Assembly: GCA_037190965.1 (NCBI GenBank)
Contig: JBBCKI010000003.1
Coordinates: forward strand, 1 to 64,000
Origin: Chthoniobacteraceae bacterium
Lineage (GTDB): Bacteria > Verrucomicrobiota > Verrucomicrobiia > Chthoniobacterales > Chthoniobacteraceae
Length of the DNA stretch: 64,000 nt
Direction of reading: 5' to 3'
The translations under genes were made by a program, and so were the position numbers. Shown piece by piece: positions 1 to 10,473 of this stretch. The notes under the pieces are model-generated. The model searched no databases, was not told the DNA's origin, and saw nothing but the letters and a program-made list of their open reading frames with translations. The stretch's first letter is position 1. Every line of letters begins with the position of its first letter.

Positions 1-216
1 GCTCCGGCTAAGATAGAGCGTTTGCGACTGCCCGTAGTTGCAGGAAATCTGCGGAGGCGTGCCCCAGGTGGATTTGCTGACATAGGTATCCGCACTGGCA
101 TGGTAGCCGCCACTGCCGTATTGGAAGACGGCTTCCACCGAGGTGGCGGAAGCCGACGGCAGCAGCCCGGCCAACACCAGCAGGGAGCCGAGGGAGAGAG
201 ATGCAATGGCTTTCAT
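1..216 (-). CDS. Secreted protein, 5' part only (runs off window start); possibly DNRLRE-domain-like
   Basis: Not in the ORF track. Manual translation from ATG at 216 gives MKAIASLSLGSLLVLAGLLPSASATSVEAVFQYGSGGYHASADTYVSKSTWGTPPQISCNYGQSQTLYLSRS, with no stop. It has a signal peptide and an FQxG..GY...DTY...NYG pattern. Confidence 0.7.
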   Translation of the reverse strand, partial: MKAIASLSLGSLLVLAGLLPSASATSVEAVFQYGSGGYHASADTYVSKSTWGTPPQISCNYGQSQTLYLSRS

Positions 217-342
217 AGAGATGGTGCCAATGGTGCCGTCCCGCCGCCAAACCGGCCATCCCACCCCGGTACTATTCGCCTCCCTATTTTCTGCTCCTTT
301 GGTAGTATGGCATTTTCCGCCCGGCTGGTTATCCTACGGAGT

Positions 343-2790
343 ATGAACCTTCCCGGCAGGCCCTCCGTCATCACCCGCACCCTCCTGCAAATCGGGATGG
401 CGATGACGCTTATCCTCGTCGCCACGACGGCTGCCGTGTATTGGAGCACACTCAAGGCGATCGAAGCCCGCGTGCTGGAGACGCTCTCCGAATACTCGCT
501 GGAACGCTCCAAACGGGAGGCACTCCTCTTCCACCAGGGGGAGGAAAACCTGCGTATGATGCAGGCAGAACTCCTCGCTTTGCTGAGGGCGGACCCGGGC
601 CAGGATGCCTCCCGTTTTGACGCGCTGATCGCCCGCGACGCCGACGGAGCATCCCGTTCCCGGCGGGAGCGGGTGGACCCGTTACGAAATGCCTCCACGT
701 GGGTTTCCGTTCATACAGCGCTCACCCCGGAGCTTCGCCGCCTGGTGCTGGCCAGCACGGAACTGACGGAACGCTTCCACCCGGCGTGGGCCGGGCAGTT
801 TGTCTCCCTGTATGTCTCCTCCCCGTTCGGGTTCAACACCGGCATCGCTCCCACGGAGCCAAACTGGGTCTGGTCCCTCCCTGCGGATTACAATCAGGAC
901 GACTTCGAATGGTACCGCGAAGCTTCGCAGAAAGCGAACCCCGGTCGCAGCGCCGTCTGGACGCGCCTTCAGGCCGATGAGGTGGACACCGAACACGGAG
1001 ACACCGCTTACGTCACCCTCAGCCATCCCGTGGACGTGGCGGGGCGGCACCTGGCCACGCTGCATCTCGACCTGGAGTTGGGAGGGTTGATCCAACGCAC
1101 CATCGCCTCGGAACGACCGGGGCTGGAGCATCTGGTCGTCCGAGGGGACGGGCAACTTGTCGCCTCGGCAAGGGTGGACCGGACGATCCTCAAACGGGGC
1201 GATTTTTACCTCCAGAAAGGAGCGGATGCACCATTGCGCTCGGTATACAAAACCGTCACAGCCCAGCCCCTGCTACCGTGGTCGGGGTATGATCCCGGAA
1301 GCGACACCTACATCGCCGCCAGTCGCCTGACAGGGCCGGACTGGCTCTTCATCTCCCTGCTCAAGGGGGCGGACCTACGGCGGCAAGCGTTTGCCTCCGC
1401 ACAGGGTATTCTCTGGGGCGGGCTCGGCTCGCTGGCGCTGGCGCTCTTTCTTCTCTCGCGCATTCTGCGGCGGCAGATCGCGCAGCCGCTGCACCAATTC
1501 CTGGAGATGACCCGCCGCATGGGGGCCGGCGAAACCGGCGTGCAGGTGGCATGGGCCACGCGGGATGAACTCGGGCAACTTGCCGCCTCGTTCAACGGGA
1601 TGGCCGCGCGCGTGGCGGAACGGGATGCCTCCCTGCACCAGCTCAACCACGAACTGGAGGAACGCATCGCCGCGCGCACGGAAGGGCTGCGGCAATCGGA
1701 GGAACGCTTCAGCCGCGCCTTTCACGGAAGCCACGCGCTGCTGGCCATTCTCGACATGGCGGATGGCCGGCTGCTGGACGTCAACGCCGCGTTTCTCGAC
1801 ATCTTCGGCTTTCAGCGGGAGGAACTCCTCGGGCGGCCGCTCGGCACGCTGCCGCTCTGGCCGGAAGCGGTCGCCCCGGAGGCTTTCCTGCGCCTCTGCC
1901 GGGAGGAGGGAAGCATCCGCAATGCGGAAACCGTCCTTCGCACCCGAACGGGAGAGACGCGCGTCGTCCTCCTCTCCGGCGACCGCGTAACCATCGGCAG
2001 TTCGGGGTGCATCCTCGCGGCAGGGACGGACATCACCGCCCGCAAGCAGGCGGAGTCCGACACCCTCCGCGCACTGGAGCGGGAGAAGGAACTCAACGAA
2101 CTCAAAAGCAAGTTCGTGGCGATGGTCTCCCATGAATTCCGCACACCGCTGGAGATGATCCTTTCTTCCACCGATATCCTCAGCCGTTACCTGGAGCGGC
2201 TCTCCCCTTCGCAGCGGGAGAAACACCTTGGCACCATTCAGGTGGCCGTGCGGCGCATGGCGACCATGATGGAGGAAGTGCTTCTTCTGGGTCGGTTCGA
2301 CTCCGGGCGGCTCCCGTGCCGTGCGGAAGATCTCCACCTAGCCGCCTGGTGCCGCCGCCTGGTGCGGGAAACGCGGGACGCCACCCCGGAACCGAGGGAG
2401 ATCCGCCTGGAACTGGGAGACTTCTCGCCAATGGTGCAAGCGGATGAAAGCCTTCTGAGCCACATCTTCACCAACCTGCTTTCCAACGCCCTCAAATACT
2501 CCCCGCCGGAGCAGCCCATTGATCTCCGCGTTTTTCAGGACGGGGCCGAGGCTGTTTTTGAAATCACGGACCACGGTATCGGCATCCCGGAGGAAGACCA
2601 CACCAAGCTATTCGAAGGATTCCATCGAGGGGGCAACGTGGGTAACCGGCTCGGCACCGGCATCGGGCTGGTGATCGTGAAACGGTGCGTGGAACTGCAC
2701 GGTGGCACGATTTCCTTCAGCACCCACCCCGGGGGCGGCACCACCTTCACCGTCCGGCTCCCGCTTTTCGAAAACCTTTCTGACACATGA
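343..2790 (+). CDS. Membrane sensor histidine kinase (periplasmic sensor, HAMP, PAS, HisKA, HATPase)
   Basis: Two TM segments, HAMP (DELGQLAASFNGM), H-box SHEFRTPL, N-box NLLSNALKYS, G-boxes DHGIGI and GTGIGL. Start at ATG 343 or 307 rather than the ORF start at 22. Confidence 0.93.
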   Translation: MNLPGRPSVITRTLLQIGMAMTLILVATTAAVYWSTLKAIEARVLETLSEYSLERSKREALLFHQGEENLRMMQAELLALLRADPGQDASRFDALIARDADGASRSRRERVDPLRNASTWVSVHTALTPELRRLVLASTELTERFHPAWAGQFVSLYVSSPFGFNTGIAPTEPNWVWSLPADYNQDDFEWYREASQKANPGRSAVWTRLQADEVDTEHGDTAYVTLSHPVDVAGRHLATLHLDLELGGLIQRTIASERPGLEHLVVRGDGQLVASARVDRTILKRGDFYLQKGADAPLRSVYKTVTAQPLLPWSGYDPGSDTYIAASRLTGPDWLFISLLKGADLRRQAFASAQGILWGGLGSLALALFLLSRILRRQIAQPLHQFLEMTRRMGAGETGVQVAWATRDELGQLAASFNGMAARVAERDASLHQLNHELEERIAARTEGLRQSEERFSRAFHGSHALLAILDMADGRLLDVNAAFLDIFGFQREELLGRPLGTLPLWPEAVAPEAFLRLCREEGSIRNAETVLRTRTGETRVVLLSGDRVTIGSSGCILAAGTDITARKQAESDTLRALEREKELNELKSKFVAMVSHEFRTPLEMILSSTDILSRYLERLSPSQREKHLGTIQVAVRRMATMMEEVLLLGRFDSGRLPCRAEDLHLAAWCRRLVRETRDATPEPREIRLELGDFSPMVQADESLLSHIFTNLLSNALKYSPPEQPIDLRVFQDGAEAVFEITDHGIGIPEEDHTKLFEGFHRGGNVGNRLGTGIGLVIVKRCVELHGGTISFSTHPGGGTTFTVRLPLFENLSDT

Positions 2791-3410
2791 AAACCATTCT
2801 CATCATCGAAGACGAAGAACGCACGCGCGAGAACCTGGCCATCATTCTGGAGATGGAAGGGTATCAAGTTCGCTCCGCCACAGACGGGCAGGAAGGGGTG
2901 CGCCTCGCGCTGCGGGAGCCGCCTGACCTGATCTTGTGTGACGTCACCATGCCAATGCTCAACGGCCATGCGGCACTGGAGCAGCTTCGCGCTCGGCCCG
3001 AGACGGCGGAGGTTCCGTTTGTCTTCCTTACCGCCCGCGGCGAACGGGCCGATTTTCGCACCGGCATGGATCTCGGGGCGGATGATTACCTCGTCAAACC
3101 GGTCGGCGCGAGCGAACTGCTGGCATGCGTGCAGGCGCGGTTAAAGCGTTCCGAACAGCGCGGGGCCGTCCCGTTTGCGCCGGACTTCAGTTCTCCCACG
3201 CCGCTGCTGGCACTGGGCCTCACACAGCGAGAGGCAGAAGTGCTCCTCTGGGTCGCGCAAGGCAAGAGCAACAGCGAAATTGGTACGATCCTCCAGGCTG
3301 CCGAAAACACTATCAAGCGGCACCTCCAGAATATCTTTGAGAAGATCGGCGTAGACAGCCGCCACGCAGCCGCCGTCAGAGCGCTGGAGCTCTTGCACGG
3401 ACAGCGTTGA
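2787..3410 (+). CDS. Response regulator, receiver plus LuxR-type HTH (NarL family)
   Basis: ILIIEDE, LILCDVTMP, DDYLVKP; C-terminal LTQREAEVLLWVAQGKSNSEIG. ATGA overlap with the kinase. Confidence 0.95.
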   Translation: MKTILIIEDEERTRENLAIILEMEGYQVRSATDGQEGVRLALREPPDLILCDVTMPMLNGHAALEQLRARPETAEVPFVFLTARGERADFRTGMDLGADDYLVKPVGASELLACVQARLKRSEQRGAVPFAPDFSSPTPLLALGLTQREAEVLLWVAQGKSNSEIGTILQAAENTIKRHLQNIFEKIGVDSRHAAAVRALELLHGQR

Positions 3411-3793
3411 ACGCAGAAGCTAGCCAAAGATCCGGGCTATTATGGCCCGGGCGCTGGATGGAGTTTCTTCGCCAGCTTCGTAATCGGCTATCCTTACGCA
3501 GACGTTCTCGAATTGGCCAGTTCCGTTATCCTCATCGACAATCTCGTGCATAGGGTAAAAATATTTTCATTTGCCTTAAATCCAAAACACGCGGGCAATT
3601 AGCCGCGGTGCTTGCGTAGAACAGCTCGCAGCGGCATGCGATGCAGCCCCAAAGGGAACCGAACTCCTCAGGATAAGGCGGGCCAACCTACGTCACGATA
3701 TCCATTTCAGAAAAATGTACCCCGAGCAGAATCGTCCACTAATCCGACAATTCTGTTCTTTCGCGAAACGTGATTTGAATGAACATTCCAGGC

Positions 3794-4708
3794 ATGAAGA
3801 AATCCTCCCTTCTTGCCGCCCTTGGAATCCTGATTTGCACGACCGCGGCCAGCCTCGCTGGCCCCTTGCTCCGCTATGAATTCAGCCAGACTGGCGCTGT
3901 ACAACAGAGCTCAGGAAGCCAACAGCTGGACTTGACGATTCTTAACTATAATAATCAGCCTGCTGATTACATCACTGCAGCCCCGGTACCGCGTGCCGGA
4001 ATGTCCACCGGCAATGCACTGAACTTGACGGCTGCAAACGTAGATGGCGGCCTGTCTCCGACAAATGTCACAAAGGGCGCCGCACAGGCCTCCTTGGGAA
4101 CGCCAGGCGGGTCAAACTCATTCCTTCAGGATGGCCTCGGTTCTTTTACCATTACAGCATGGGTGCTCAACTCTGCCTCTACCAATTCCGACGCCGTGCT
4201 GCGCCGCTTGTTCTCTTTGCGTGATGCAGCCAACCAGCCCATCATAGAGCTATCTTTGAACACTCCAAAAGATGCGAGCACTTACTCTTTGTCTCTTAGC
4301 CTGACGGGGGCCATCAGGCAGAACGACCTTACTTCGACCCTCTCCGTTCCCGCCAATAACGATACCTGGTTCTTCGTCTCCGTTTCGTATGATTCAACCA
4401 CCGGTCAGGTCAAATTCTATGTTGGCGAGGAAGGCGGACTCTTGAAAAGCACAACTGCATCAAACGTTGTCTCAGGAAATATCAACACCTTGCTAACCAA
4501 CGGCTCGACTTTGAGCATCGGGAATGTCGCGCAACAACACCAGCGCCGCTATGATGGCTATCTGTCGGATTTTTCTTTCTATGGAAGCGCGCTCTCAGCC
4601 CAGGAAATTGGAGAACTCCATGCCATCCCCGAACCGACAGTTTCACTTCTGATTGGAACCGGGCTCCTGTTGGCGATGCACCGCTCCTGGAAGCTGGGCA
4701 CCCGTTGA
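3794..4708 (+). CDS. PEP-CTERM exoprotein with LamG/concanavalin-like domain
   Basis: Signal peptide; LamG-like SFTITAWV and WFFVSVSYD...YDGYLSDFSFY; C-terminal IPEP + hydrophobic helix + basic tail. Alternative start 3779. Confidence 0.85.
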   Translation: MKKSSLLAALGILICTTAASLAGPLLRYEFSQTGAVQQSSGSQQLDLTILNYNNQPADYITAAPVPRAGMSTGNALNLTAANVDGGLSPTNVTKGAAQASLGTPGGSNSFLQDGLGSFTITAWVLNSASTNSDAVLRRLFSLRDAANQPIIELSLNTPKDASTYSLSLSLTGAIRQNDLTSTLSVPANNDTWFFVSVSYDSTTGQVKFYVGEEGGLLKSTTASNVVSGNINTLLTNGSTLSIGNVAQQHQRRYDGYLSDFSFYGSALSAQEIGELHAIPEPTVSLLIGTGLLLAMHRSWKLGTR

Positions 4709-4728
4709 TCTTCCAGAGGATAAAGGTG

Positions 4729-6696
4729 ATGATTCCCTCCCCTCTCTTGTTCAGAGTTTCCATGGCGCTTCTGTGCTCTGCGGCTGCATCGCAAGCCATG
4801 CCAATCTTCACTGATGGCAAGGAGCAAGCCGTCATTGTTTTGCCCGACAACCCTACCCAGGTGACTACTTACGCGGGCAAGGAGTTGGTACACTATCTCA
4901 ACGCCGCAACTCAAGGGGACTTCAAACTGAAGAAAGAATCCGAGTTGCATCCTAACGATGGCCCGTATCGCATCTACATCGGAGCCTCAAAGGCTGCCGC
5001 GGCCAAGGGGATAAGCATCAAAAAACTCCAGAAAAACCACTATGTTGTCTTTCCGGCAAAGGAAGCTCTCTATCTGATAGGGCGGGATGAAGCTGGAGCC
5101 GAAGCGCCCATTGACGACGGTGCCGAGATGGGGAGCCTTCTGGCCGTCTACGATTGGCTGGATCGTTCGGTAGGAGTACGTTGGTTCTGGCCAGGCGATC
5201 TGGGAACCGAGATTCCTCGTCATACGAAGCTTTCCACCCAGGAGGGAGAGCCTGTTTATGGAAAACCGGCGCTGGCATATAGCCGCCTTCGGTATTACCC
5301 TGCCCTCTACAATCGCAAGCGCCCTTCTGCCTACGGTCGGAGCAACAGCCTGGATGACCTCGGCTACCTGCGTACAAACGAGTGGTTTCGCCGCCATAAA
5401 ATCTATCGTACTGCCGGAGAACGCGCCTTCTACAGCCATGCCTTTGCGGATTTCTGGAATCGCTTCGGCAAGGAGCATCCGGAGTACTTTGCGTTACGCG
5501 TCGACGGAAAGCGCGGTCCGATAGACCAGCGGACAAATCTGACCCAGCTCTGCGTTTCAAATCCCGAGCTGCACAAGACGATTATTGCCGAATGGCTGCG
5601 GACACGCACCGAAGAAGCCCCCTGGATCAACGCGTGTGAAAATGACCGTCGAACCATCGATCCTTCCTGCTCGTGTGCCAATTGCAAAGCGTGGGATGTC
5701 CCCGAGGCCAAAGTCTCTGTGCTAAACAATCCCTGGCACATTGAATCGCGTTCTCCAGGGCAGATTGACCCCTATGAAAAGGTCTCCAGGACAGATCGCT
5801 ACATGCGCTTTCTCCTCGCGCTCCTGGAAGAAGGAAAAAAGCACGACCCGGACGCAAAAGTGGTTGGCTATGCCTACTCCTTCTACAGTGATCCGCCCGC
5901 TCATATAAAACTAAACAAAGATGTCGTGATCATCGTTGTACCGCCTTATCTATATCCTTTGGAAAAAGGAAAAGAAGGGGTGGTCAGAAAACTATGGGAT
6001 GATTGGAGGGCAACCGGGGCGACACTCATCTACCGGCCTAATGACTTTCTGGCCGGGCATCCCGTTCCATACATCTTTGCAAGCCAGTTTGGCGCCGATT
6101 TCAAACACTTCCTGGATACCGGGGTGCACTCAGCCATGTTTGATTCCTTCACAGGACTATGGGGCACGCAAGGGATTAATCTCTACATGTTGGGAAGACT
6201 GCAATCACGGCCGGATCTTTCCCCTGATGAGGTGATGAACGAATACTGCTCGGCCTTTGGCCCCGCCAGCGAAATTATCCGCGCCTATATCAAGCATTGG
6301 GAGAAGGTGACAGCCAAATGTACTCTTGCATTTCAGGATGAGATAAAAGGCGGGTATAACTATATGATGGTAGCCCCGCAGCGGATCTACACTCCCGGGG
6401 ATTATGCCGAAGGAAAGCGATTGCTGGCCCAGGCCGCTGAGGCAACCCAAAATAAAGATATCAGCGCCGGGCGCGTTGAATTTCTTCGAGCTTGGCTGGA
6501 ACATGCTGAAATCACAACGGAGGCGGTGACCGCTTATCGCACCCTGAATGCAAGCAGCACGCCGGATGAACGAGCGAAGTTTGGAAGCATGCTAAAGAAG
6601 GTTCGGCAATTCCGAGAGCAGAATGAGCACGCATTCATCGGAGCCGATTGCTCATTCATCAAGCAGGTTGAACCGTGGAATAACTGGAAGGACTAG
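4729..6696 (+). CDS. DUF4838-like secreted putative carbohydrate-active protein
   Basis: N-terminal AVIVLP...ELVHYL...GVRWFWPG domain; HPEYFAL..G.R and QLCVSNP; CxCxxC after END. Start approximate. Confidence 0.75.
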   Translation: MIPSPLLFRVSMALLCSAAASQAMPIFTDGKEQAVIVLPDNPTQVTTYAGKELVHYLNAATQGDFKLKKESELHPNDGPYRIYIGASKAAAAKGISIKKLQKNHYVVFPAKEALYLIGRDEAGAEAPIDDGAEMGSLLAVYDWLDRSVGVRWFWPGDLGTEIPRHTKLSTQEGEPVYGKPALAYSRLRYYPALYNRKRPSAYGRSNSLDDLGYLRTNEWFRRHKIYRTAGERAFYSHAFADFWNRFGKEHPEYFALRVDGKRGPIDQRTNLTQLCVSNPELHKTIIAEWLRTRTEEAPWINACENDRRTIDPSCSCANCKAWDVPEAKVSVLNNPWHIESRSPGQIDPYEKVSRTDRYMRFLLALLEEGKKHDPDAKVVGYAYSFYSDPPAHIKLNKDVVIIVVPPYLYPLEKGKEGVVRKLWDDWRATGATLIYRPNDFLAGHPVPYIFASQFGADFKHFLDTGVHSAMFDSFTGLWGTQGINLYMLGRLQSRPDLSPDEVMNEYCSAFGPASEIIRAYIKHWEKVTAKCTLAFQDEIKGGYNYMMVAPQRIYTPGDYAEGKRLLAQAAEATQNKDISAGRVEFLRAWLEHAEITTEAVTAYRTLNASSTPDERAKFGSMLKKVRQFREQNEHAFIGADCSFIKQVEPWNNWKD

Positions 6697-6703
6697 CCTG
6701 ATA

Positions 6704-7396
6704 ATGAGCCGCGCATCCTACTCTGCGAGACAAGTCAATGGCTTTACCCTGCTGGAGCTGTTGCTCGTCATCACAATCATCGGCGTCCTTCTTGTCCTCC
6801 TTTTGCCTGTTTTCGGGAGAATGAGAGACGCGGCTCAGCAGACGAACTGCATGGGGCAACTTCGCCAACTCTACGCAGGATTCGCCGCCTACGCGCAGGA
6901 CCATCGCGGATACCTCCCAAGAGGTGGGCGAAATGCCTCAGATGACAAGGGATTCGCAGCATGGGGTGGAACCGCCTGGATGAAGCCGACTACTGATCCG
7001 CAGGATGGGTTTCCCACCTACTGCGGAGGACAGGAGGCAGTCAACCGCCTCGTTGTCTGTCCGGCGAACCGGATGCGTGTGGAGGATGGCCATGCCTACA
7101 ACTACACACCCGAAGGCTATCCTTACATTTGCAACTATGAGGCGATGACAAATACTGGCCGCAGTGATAAGCCGGCAAACCTATGGAGAATCAAGACAAG
7201 TGAGCTGATTCTTCTTTTTGACTCCGGGGTTCAGGCTGAATGGAAGGGGCCGGGGCTTACTGCTGTCTCGGGGTGGGAGCGCATCGTCGCGCGCCATAAC
7301 AAGAAGTTCAATACCCTCTGGGCGGATGGCCGGGTCACCGGTATGGGCACCAATGAATTGCTCGAAGGCAATCTTATCCCTCAGGAACAGAACTGA
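6704..7396 (+). CDS. Prepilin-type N-terminal cleavage/methylation protein with H-X9-DG motif (PVC pseudopilin)
   Basis: GFTLLELLLVITIIGVL type IV pilin leader; C..QLRQL; C-terminal HNKKFNTLWADG. Confidence 0.9.
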   Translation: MSRASYSARQVNGFTLLELLLVITIIGVLLVLLLPVFGRMRDAAQQTNCMGQLRQLYAGFAAYAQDHRGYLPRGGRNASDDKGFAAWGGTAWMKPTTDPQDGFPTYCGGQEAVNRLVVCPANRMRVEDGHAYNYTPEGYPYICNYEAMTNTGRSDKPANLWRIKTSELILLFDSGVQAEWKGPGLTAVSGWERIVARHNKKFNTLWADGRVTGMGTNELLEGNLIPQEQN

Positions 7397-7407
7397 TTTT
7401 TTTTGAG

Positions 7408-10400
7408 ATGAATGGATTGCATGAGATGAATGTTGATGCAATTGAACCCTCTAATTGTTCAGTCATACAAACAGATCCCGCTGACCGCTTGAAAAAGGGC
7501 CCACTGGCCTTCTGGTTCCTCAATCATGATTTGGAGGAAACCATCCTGTTGGATCAGATGAAGGAGCTCAAGGCCAAAGGATTTGCGGGCTTTTTCCTCC
7601 ACTCCCGTGGCGGGTTAAAAGTGCCGTACGGATCCCGTCGCTGGCACACCATCATCAGTTATTGTGTGATGCAGGCGAAAAAGCTGGGATTGGAAGCCTG
7701 GCTCTACGATGAAGATCCATACCCATCCGGCGCTGCCGGAGGTCGCGTGACCATGGAGCATCCGGAGTACCGCGCTTCGGAGCTGTTGCCCATCGTCATT
7801 TCCGGGGGCGATGATGGAAAGCTAGAGCTCGATCTCCCCCAGGGGACGCTGATTGCCGCATATCTGGTGGCTGCTTCGGGCAGCATGGAACGGGTGGATG
7901 AAGCAGCCGGAATGATCCGTTCCCGCTGGTCTCAACACTTTTCAGCATTCGGGTATTATGCCCCGTATCATCATAACGGATCCCCCCACTGGCGCGCGGA
8001 GACATCCGCTCCGCATTATCGAATTCTAATGGAGGAACTTCCGCCAGGTTCGAAACTGATCGCTTTCATCAAGAATTCTGTCATTCAGAACCCCTGGGGC
8101 GAGTATCCCGATCTCTTGAATGCCGATGCTGTGGAGCTTTTCATCCGGTATACCCACGATACCTATGCAAAATTGCTGGGACCCGAATGCGGCGCCACGG
8201 TACCGGGCATCTTCACCGATGAGGCAAAGCTGAAGGGGCGGCTGCCGTGGTCTGACCGGGTGCCGGGATGGTTTCATGAGATAGCCGGAACGGATTTCTT
8301 TGGAGCCTTGCCGCATCTCATATTGACCATGGATGCCCGGACTCCCTTCTACCGCTGGGCCTACCGGAAAGCGCTCGCGCGGGGGTTCTGCGACGCGTTC
8401 GTTGAGCCGATGGTAAATGCCTGCCGTCGCCATAGGTTAATGTTAACGGGACACGTATCTCCCGAAGAAGACCCGGTAGGGCAGGCGCTTTGCATCCCTG
8501 GGTTGATGGGAGTCATCGGGCAGATGGATCTTCCCGGAACAGACTTGATCGGAGCCTCCCTTGGGAGCCGTGAGCAGCCACTGCTCCATTTTTCTCCCAA
8601 AGTTGCGAGTTCGGCTGCGCATGGCCATGGAAAACGCTGGGTGACATGCGAAGCGTTCGCCGTTTGCGATTGGGCGCAGGATCTGGCTTCCCTTACCCGG
8701 GCGGTGCATTGGCTCTATGCGCTGGGTGTAAACCGATTGGTGACGCACGGGCAATTCTACTCCATTGATGGTCTGCGCAAACGCGAAGCGCCACCCTCCC
8801 AGTTCATCCAAGCCTCGTATTGGGAGCACTTCGGCGCGTTCTCCGGAATGGTCGAGCTGCTTTCACGAGAGTTAGGAAAAGGCACCCATCAAGCACCTTT
8901 GCTCGTATACTACCCTGAAGATTCCTTCATGGCTATGATTGGAGGCGTTGCCGAAAAAGACGATGAAGCGTATCAACTGAGGAACGACCTTGGAGAGCTC
9001 GTTCATTCGTTGCTTACCCAAGGGTACGATTTTGACTTCGCGGATGAACCGCTTCTCCACGGCGTGACAGCCTTTGGAGGACAAGCCCGCCTTCAGGAGG
9101 AAAATTTCGAAGCCATTCTCGTACCGGGTCGCTACCTCTCGGAAGCCGCGTGGCAGAAGCTTCAACAGTTGGAAAGCGAGGGCGTGCCGGTCCTCTATAT
9201 GGAGGAGATGATTACTGTGCTTTCACCGCAAAGCCAGCCATGGAAGACGGGGGGCGGGCAGGGCGTCACCTGGGACTACCTCAGGCAGAATGTCGAACCG
9301 CTTTGGCAAAGCGAGGCGGACAACCTGATAGGGCATCTCCGCCGCACCGACGACGGGCCGCTTCTCTTTCTCTGCAACAATGGGGATAAGCAATTTCGAG
9401 GGCATGTCACGGCTGCCTTCCCTGGTCCCTATGAAATGTGCCACCCGCAAGAGGGTGTTTGGGAAACCACGGAGCAGCTTGATTTGCAATTGGCCCCGGG
9501 GCTTGGAGTGCTGATTCGCCAACAGACCCGTGAGTCAATGTCCATCCCGGTTATCGACCACAAAATTGAAGCCCTCAAAGTCCACTGGGGCGAGTGGCAA
9601 TGCAAGCCGTGCTCTGAGAATTGCGTGATACTGGGCGAATTCCGCGCAACGTCTCTTTCGACGAAAGATGCGCAACTGCCGACTATTGACGTCCTGCTCA
9701 ACGCTGAGTTTATCGATCTCCTCTCTCCCGCCTCGCTTACGAGCCCGCTGGTTGATCGACCGGGCGATCGTGCCTTTCTGGCAGCATTCGACTGGCACGC
9801 GGGAAATGCCCCCGTACGGCTCGTGTGCGATACTGATTTGGGTGAAGGTGGGATGGAGTTTTACCTCAATGGAATGCGGTTGCCCGAACCGACGCGTCGG
9901 AAGACGTTTGACCCGATGAACCGCGAAGTGAATCTCGCGTCGTTTGTTAAGCAAGGGAGAAATCACCTCCTCTGGATTCAACGATGCGGAGCGCATGATC
10001 GGCTGGCGCTCCCCTATGATGCGTTGAGGCTCTTTGGAGACTTCCATGTGGAGTTCCCTTTCGGCCGCCCCGCCCCTGCTCGCCTCACGGCGCGTCCGCC
10101 AGTCTACCGTTTGGGCTTCCCTACCCCGGCCTCGCAGATGGGACACCCACATTATGGAGGATTGATCGCGTACGAAAACCGAGTCCGCTTTGCCGAAACG
10201 TTGCCAGAGCGTTTGTCGGTGGAGTTCGAGCGAGTCTTCGAGAGCATGGAGGTGCGAATTAACGGATCGACCGCAGGCTGGATCTGGAGTGCGCCGTGGC
10301 GCGTCGAGATTCCTTCGAATCTGCTGAAAGCGGGAGCCGAAAATATCCTGACGCTGATCTGCTCCTGCAGCCCAGCCACCTACCTGCAGGCGCTTCAGAG

Positions 10401-10473
10401 ACCGAGCGGCTTCCTTGGGCCGATTCGCTGGCGATCCCGGGAGGCAACTCCGCGGAAAATCAAGAACCGATGA
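7408..10473 (+). CDS. Glycoside hydrolase, GH106 (alpha-L-rhamnosidase)-like
   Basis: FWFLN...GFFLHSRGGL...WLYDEDPYPSGAAGG, GIFTDE, CEAFA and GVNRLVTHG motifs; C-terminal beta-sandwich with SGFLGP. Substrate not determinable. Confidence 0.75.
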   Translation: MNGLHEMNVDAIEPSNCSVIQTDPADRLKKGPLAFWFLNHDLEETILLDQMKELKAKGFAGFFLHSRGGLKVPYGSRRWHTIISYCVMQAKKLGLEAWLYDEDPYPSGAAGGRVTMEHPEYRASELLPIVISGGDDGKLELDLPQGTLIAAYLVAASGSMERVDEAAGMIRSRWSQHFSAFGYYAPYHHNGSPHWRAETSAPHYRILMEELPPGSKLIAFIKNSVIQNPWGEYPDLLNADAVELFIRYTHDTYAKLLGPECGATVPGIFTDEAKLKGRLPWSDRVPGWFHEIAGTDFFGALPHLILTMDARTPFYRWAYRKALARGFCDAFVEPMVNACRRHRLMLTGHVSPEEDPVGQALCIPGLMGVIGQMDLPGTDLIGASLGSREQPLLHFSPKVASSAAHGHGKRWVTCEAFAVCDWAQDLASLTRAVHWLYALGVNRLVTHGQFYSIDGLRKREAPPSQFIQASYWEHFGAFSGMVELLSRELGKGTHQAPLLVYYPEDSFMAMIGGVAEKDDEAYQLRNDLGELVHSLLTQGYDFDFADEPLLHGVTAFGGQARLQEENFEAILVPGRYLSEAAWQKLQQLESEGVPVLYMEEMITVLSPQSQPWKTGGGQGVTWDYLRQNVEPLWQSEADNLIGHLRRTDDGPLLFLCNNGDKQFRGHVTAAFPGPYEMCHPQEGVWETTEQLDLQLAPGLGVLIRQQTRESMSIPVIDHKIEALKVHWGEWQCKPCSENCVILGEFRATSLSTKDAQLPTIDVLLNAEFIDLLSPASLTSPLVDRPGDRAFLAAFDWHAGNAPVRLVCDTDLGEGGMEFYLNGMRLPEPTRRKTFDPMNREVNLASFVKQGRNHLLWIQRCGAHDRLALPYDALRLFGDFHVEFPFGRPAPARLTARPPVYRLGFPTPASQMGHPHYGGLIAYENRVRFAETLPERLSVEFERVFESMEVRINGSTAGWIWSAPWRVEIPSNLLKAGAENILTLICSCSPATYLQALQRPSGFLGPIRWRSREATPRKIKNR

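Noticed and set aside
3420..3780. Possible riboswitch upstream of the PEP-CTERM gene
   Set aside because: Some GC pairing is possible, but I could not match a known riboswitch consensus. An Rfam scan would be needed.
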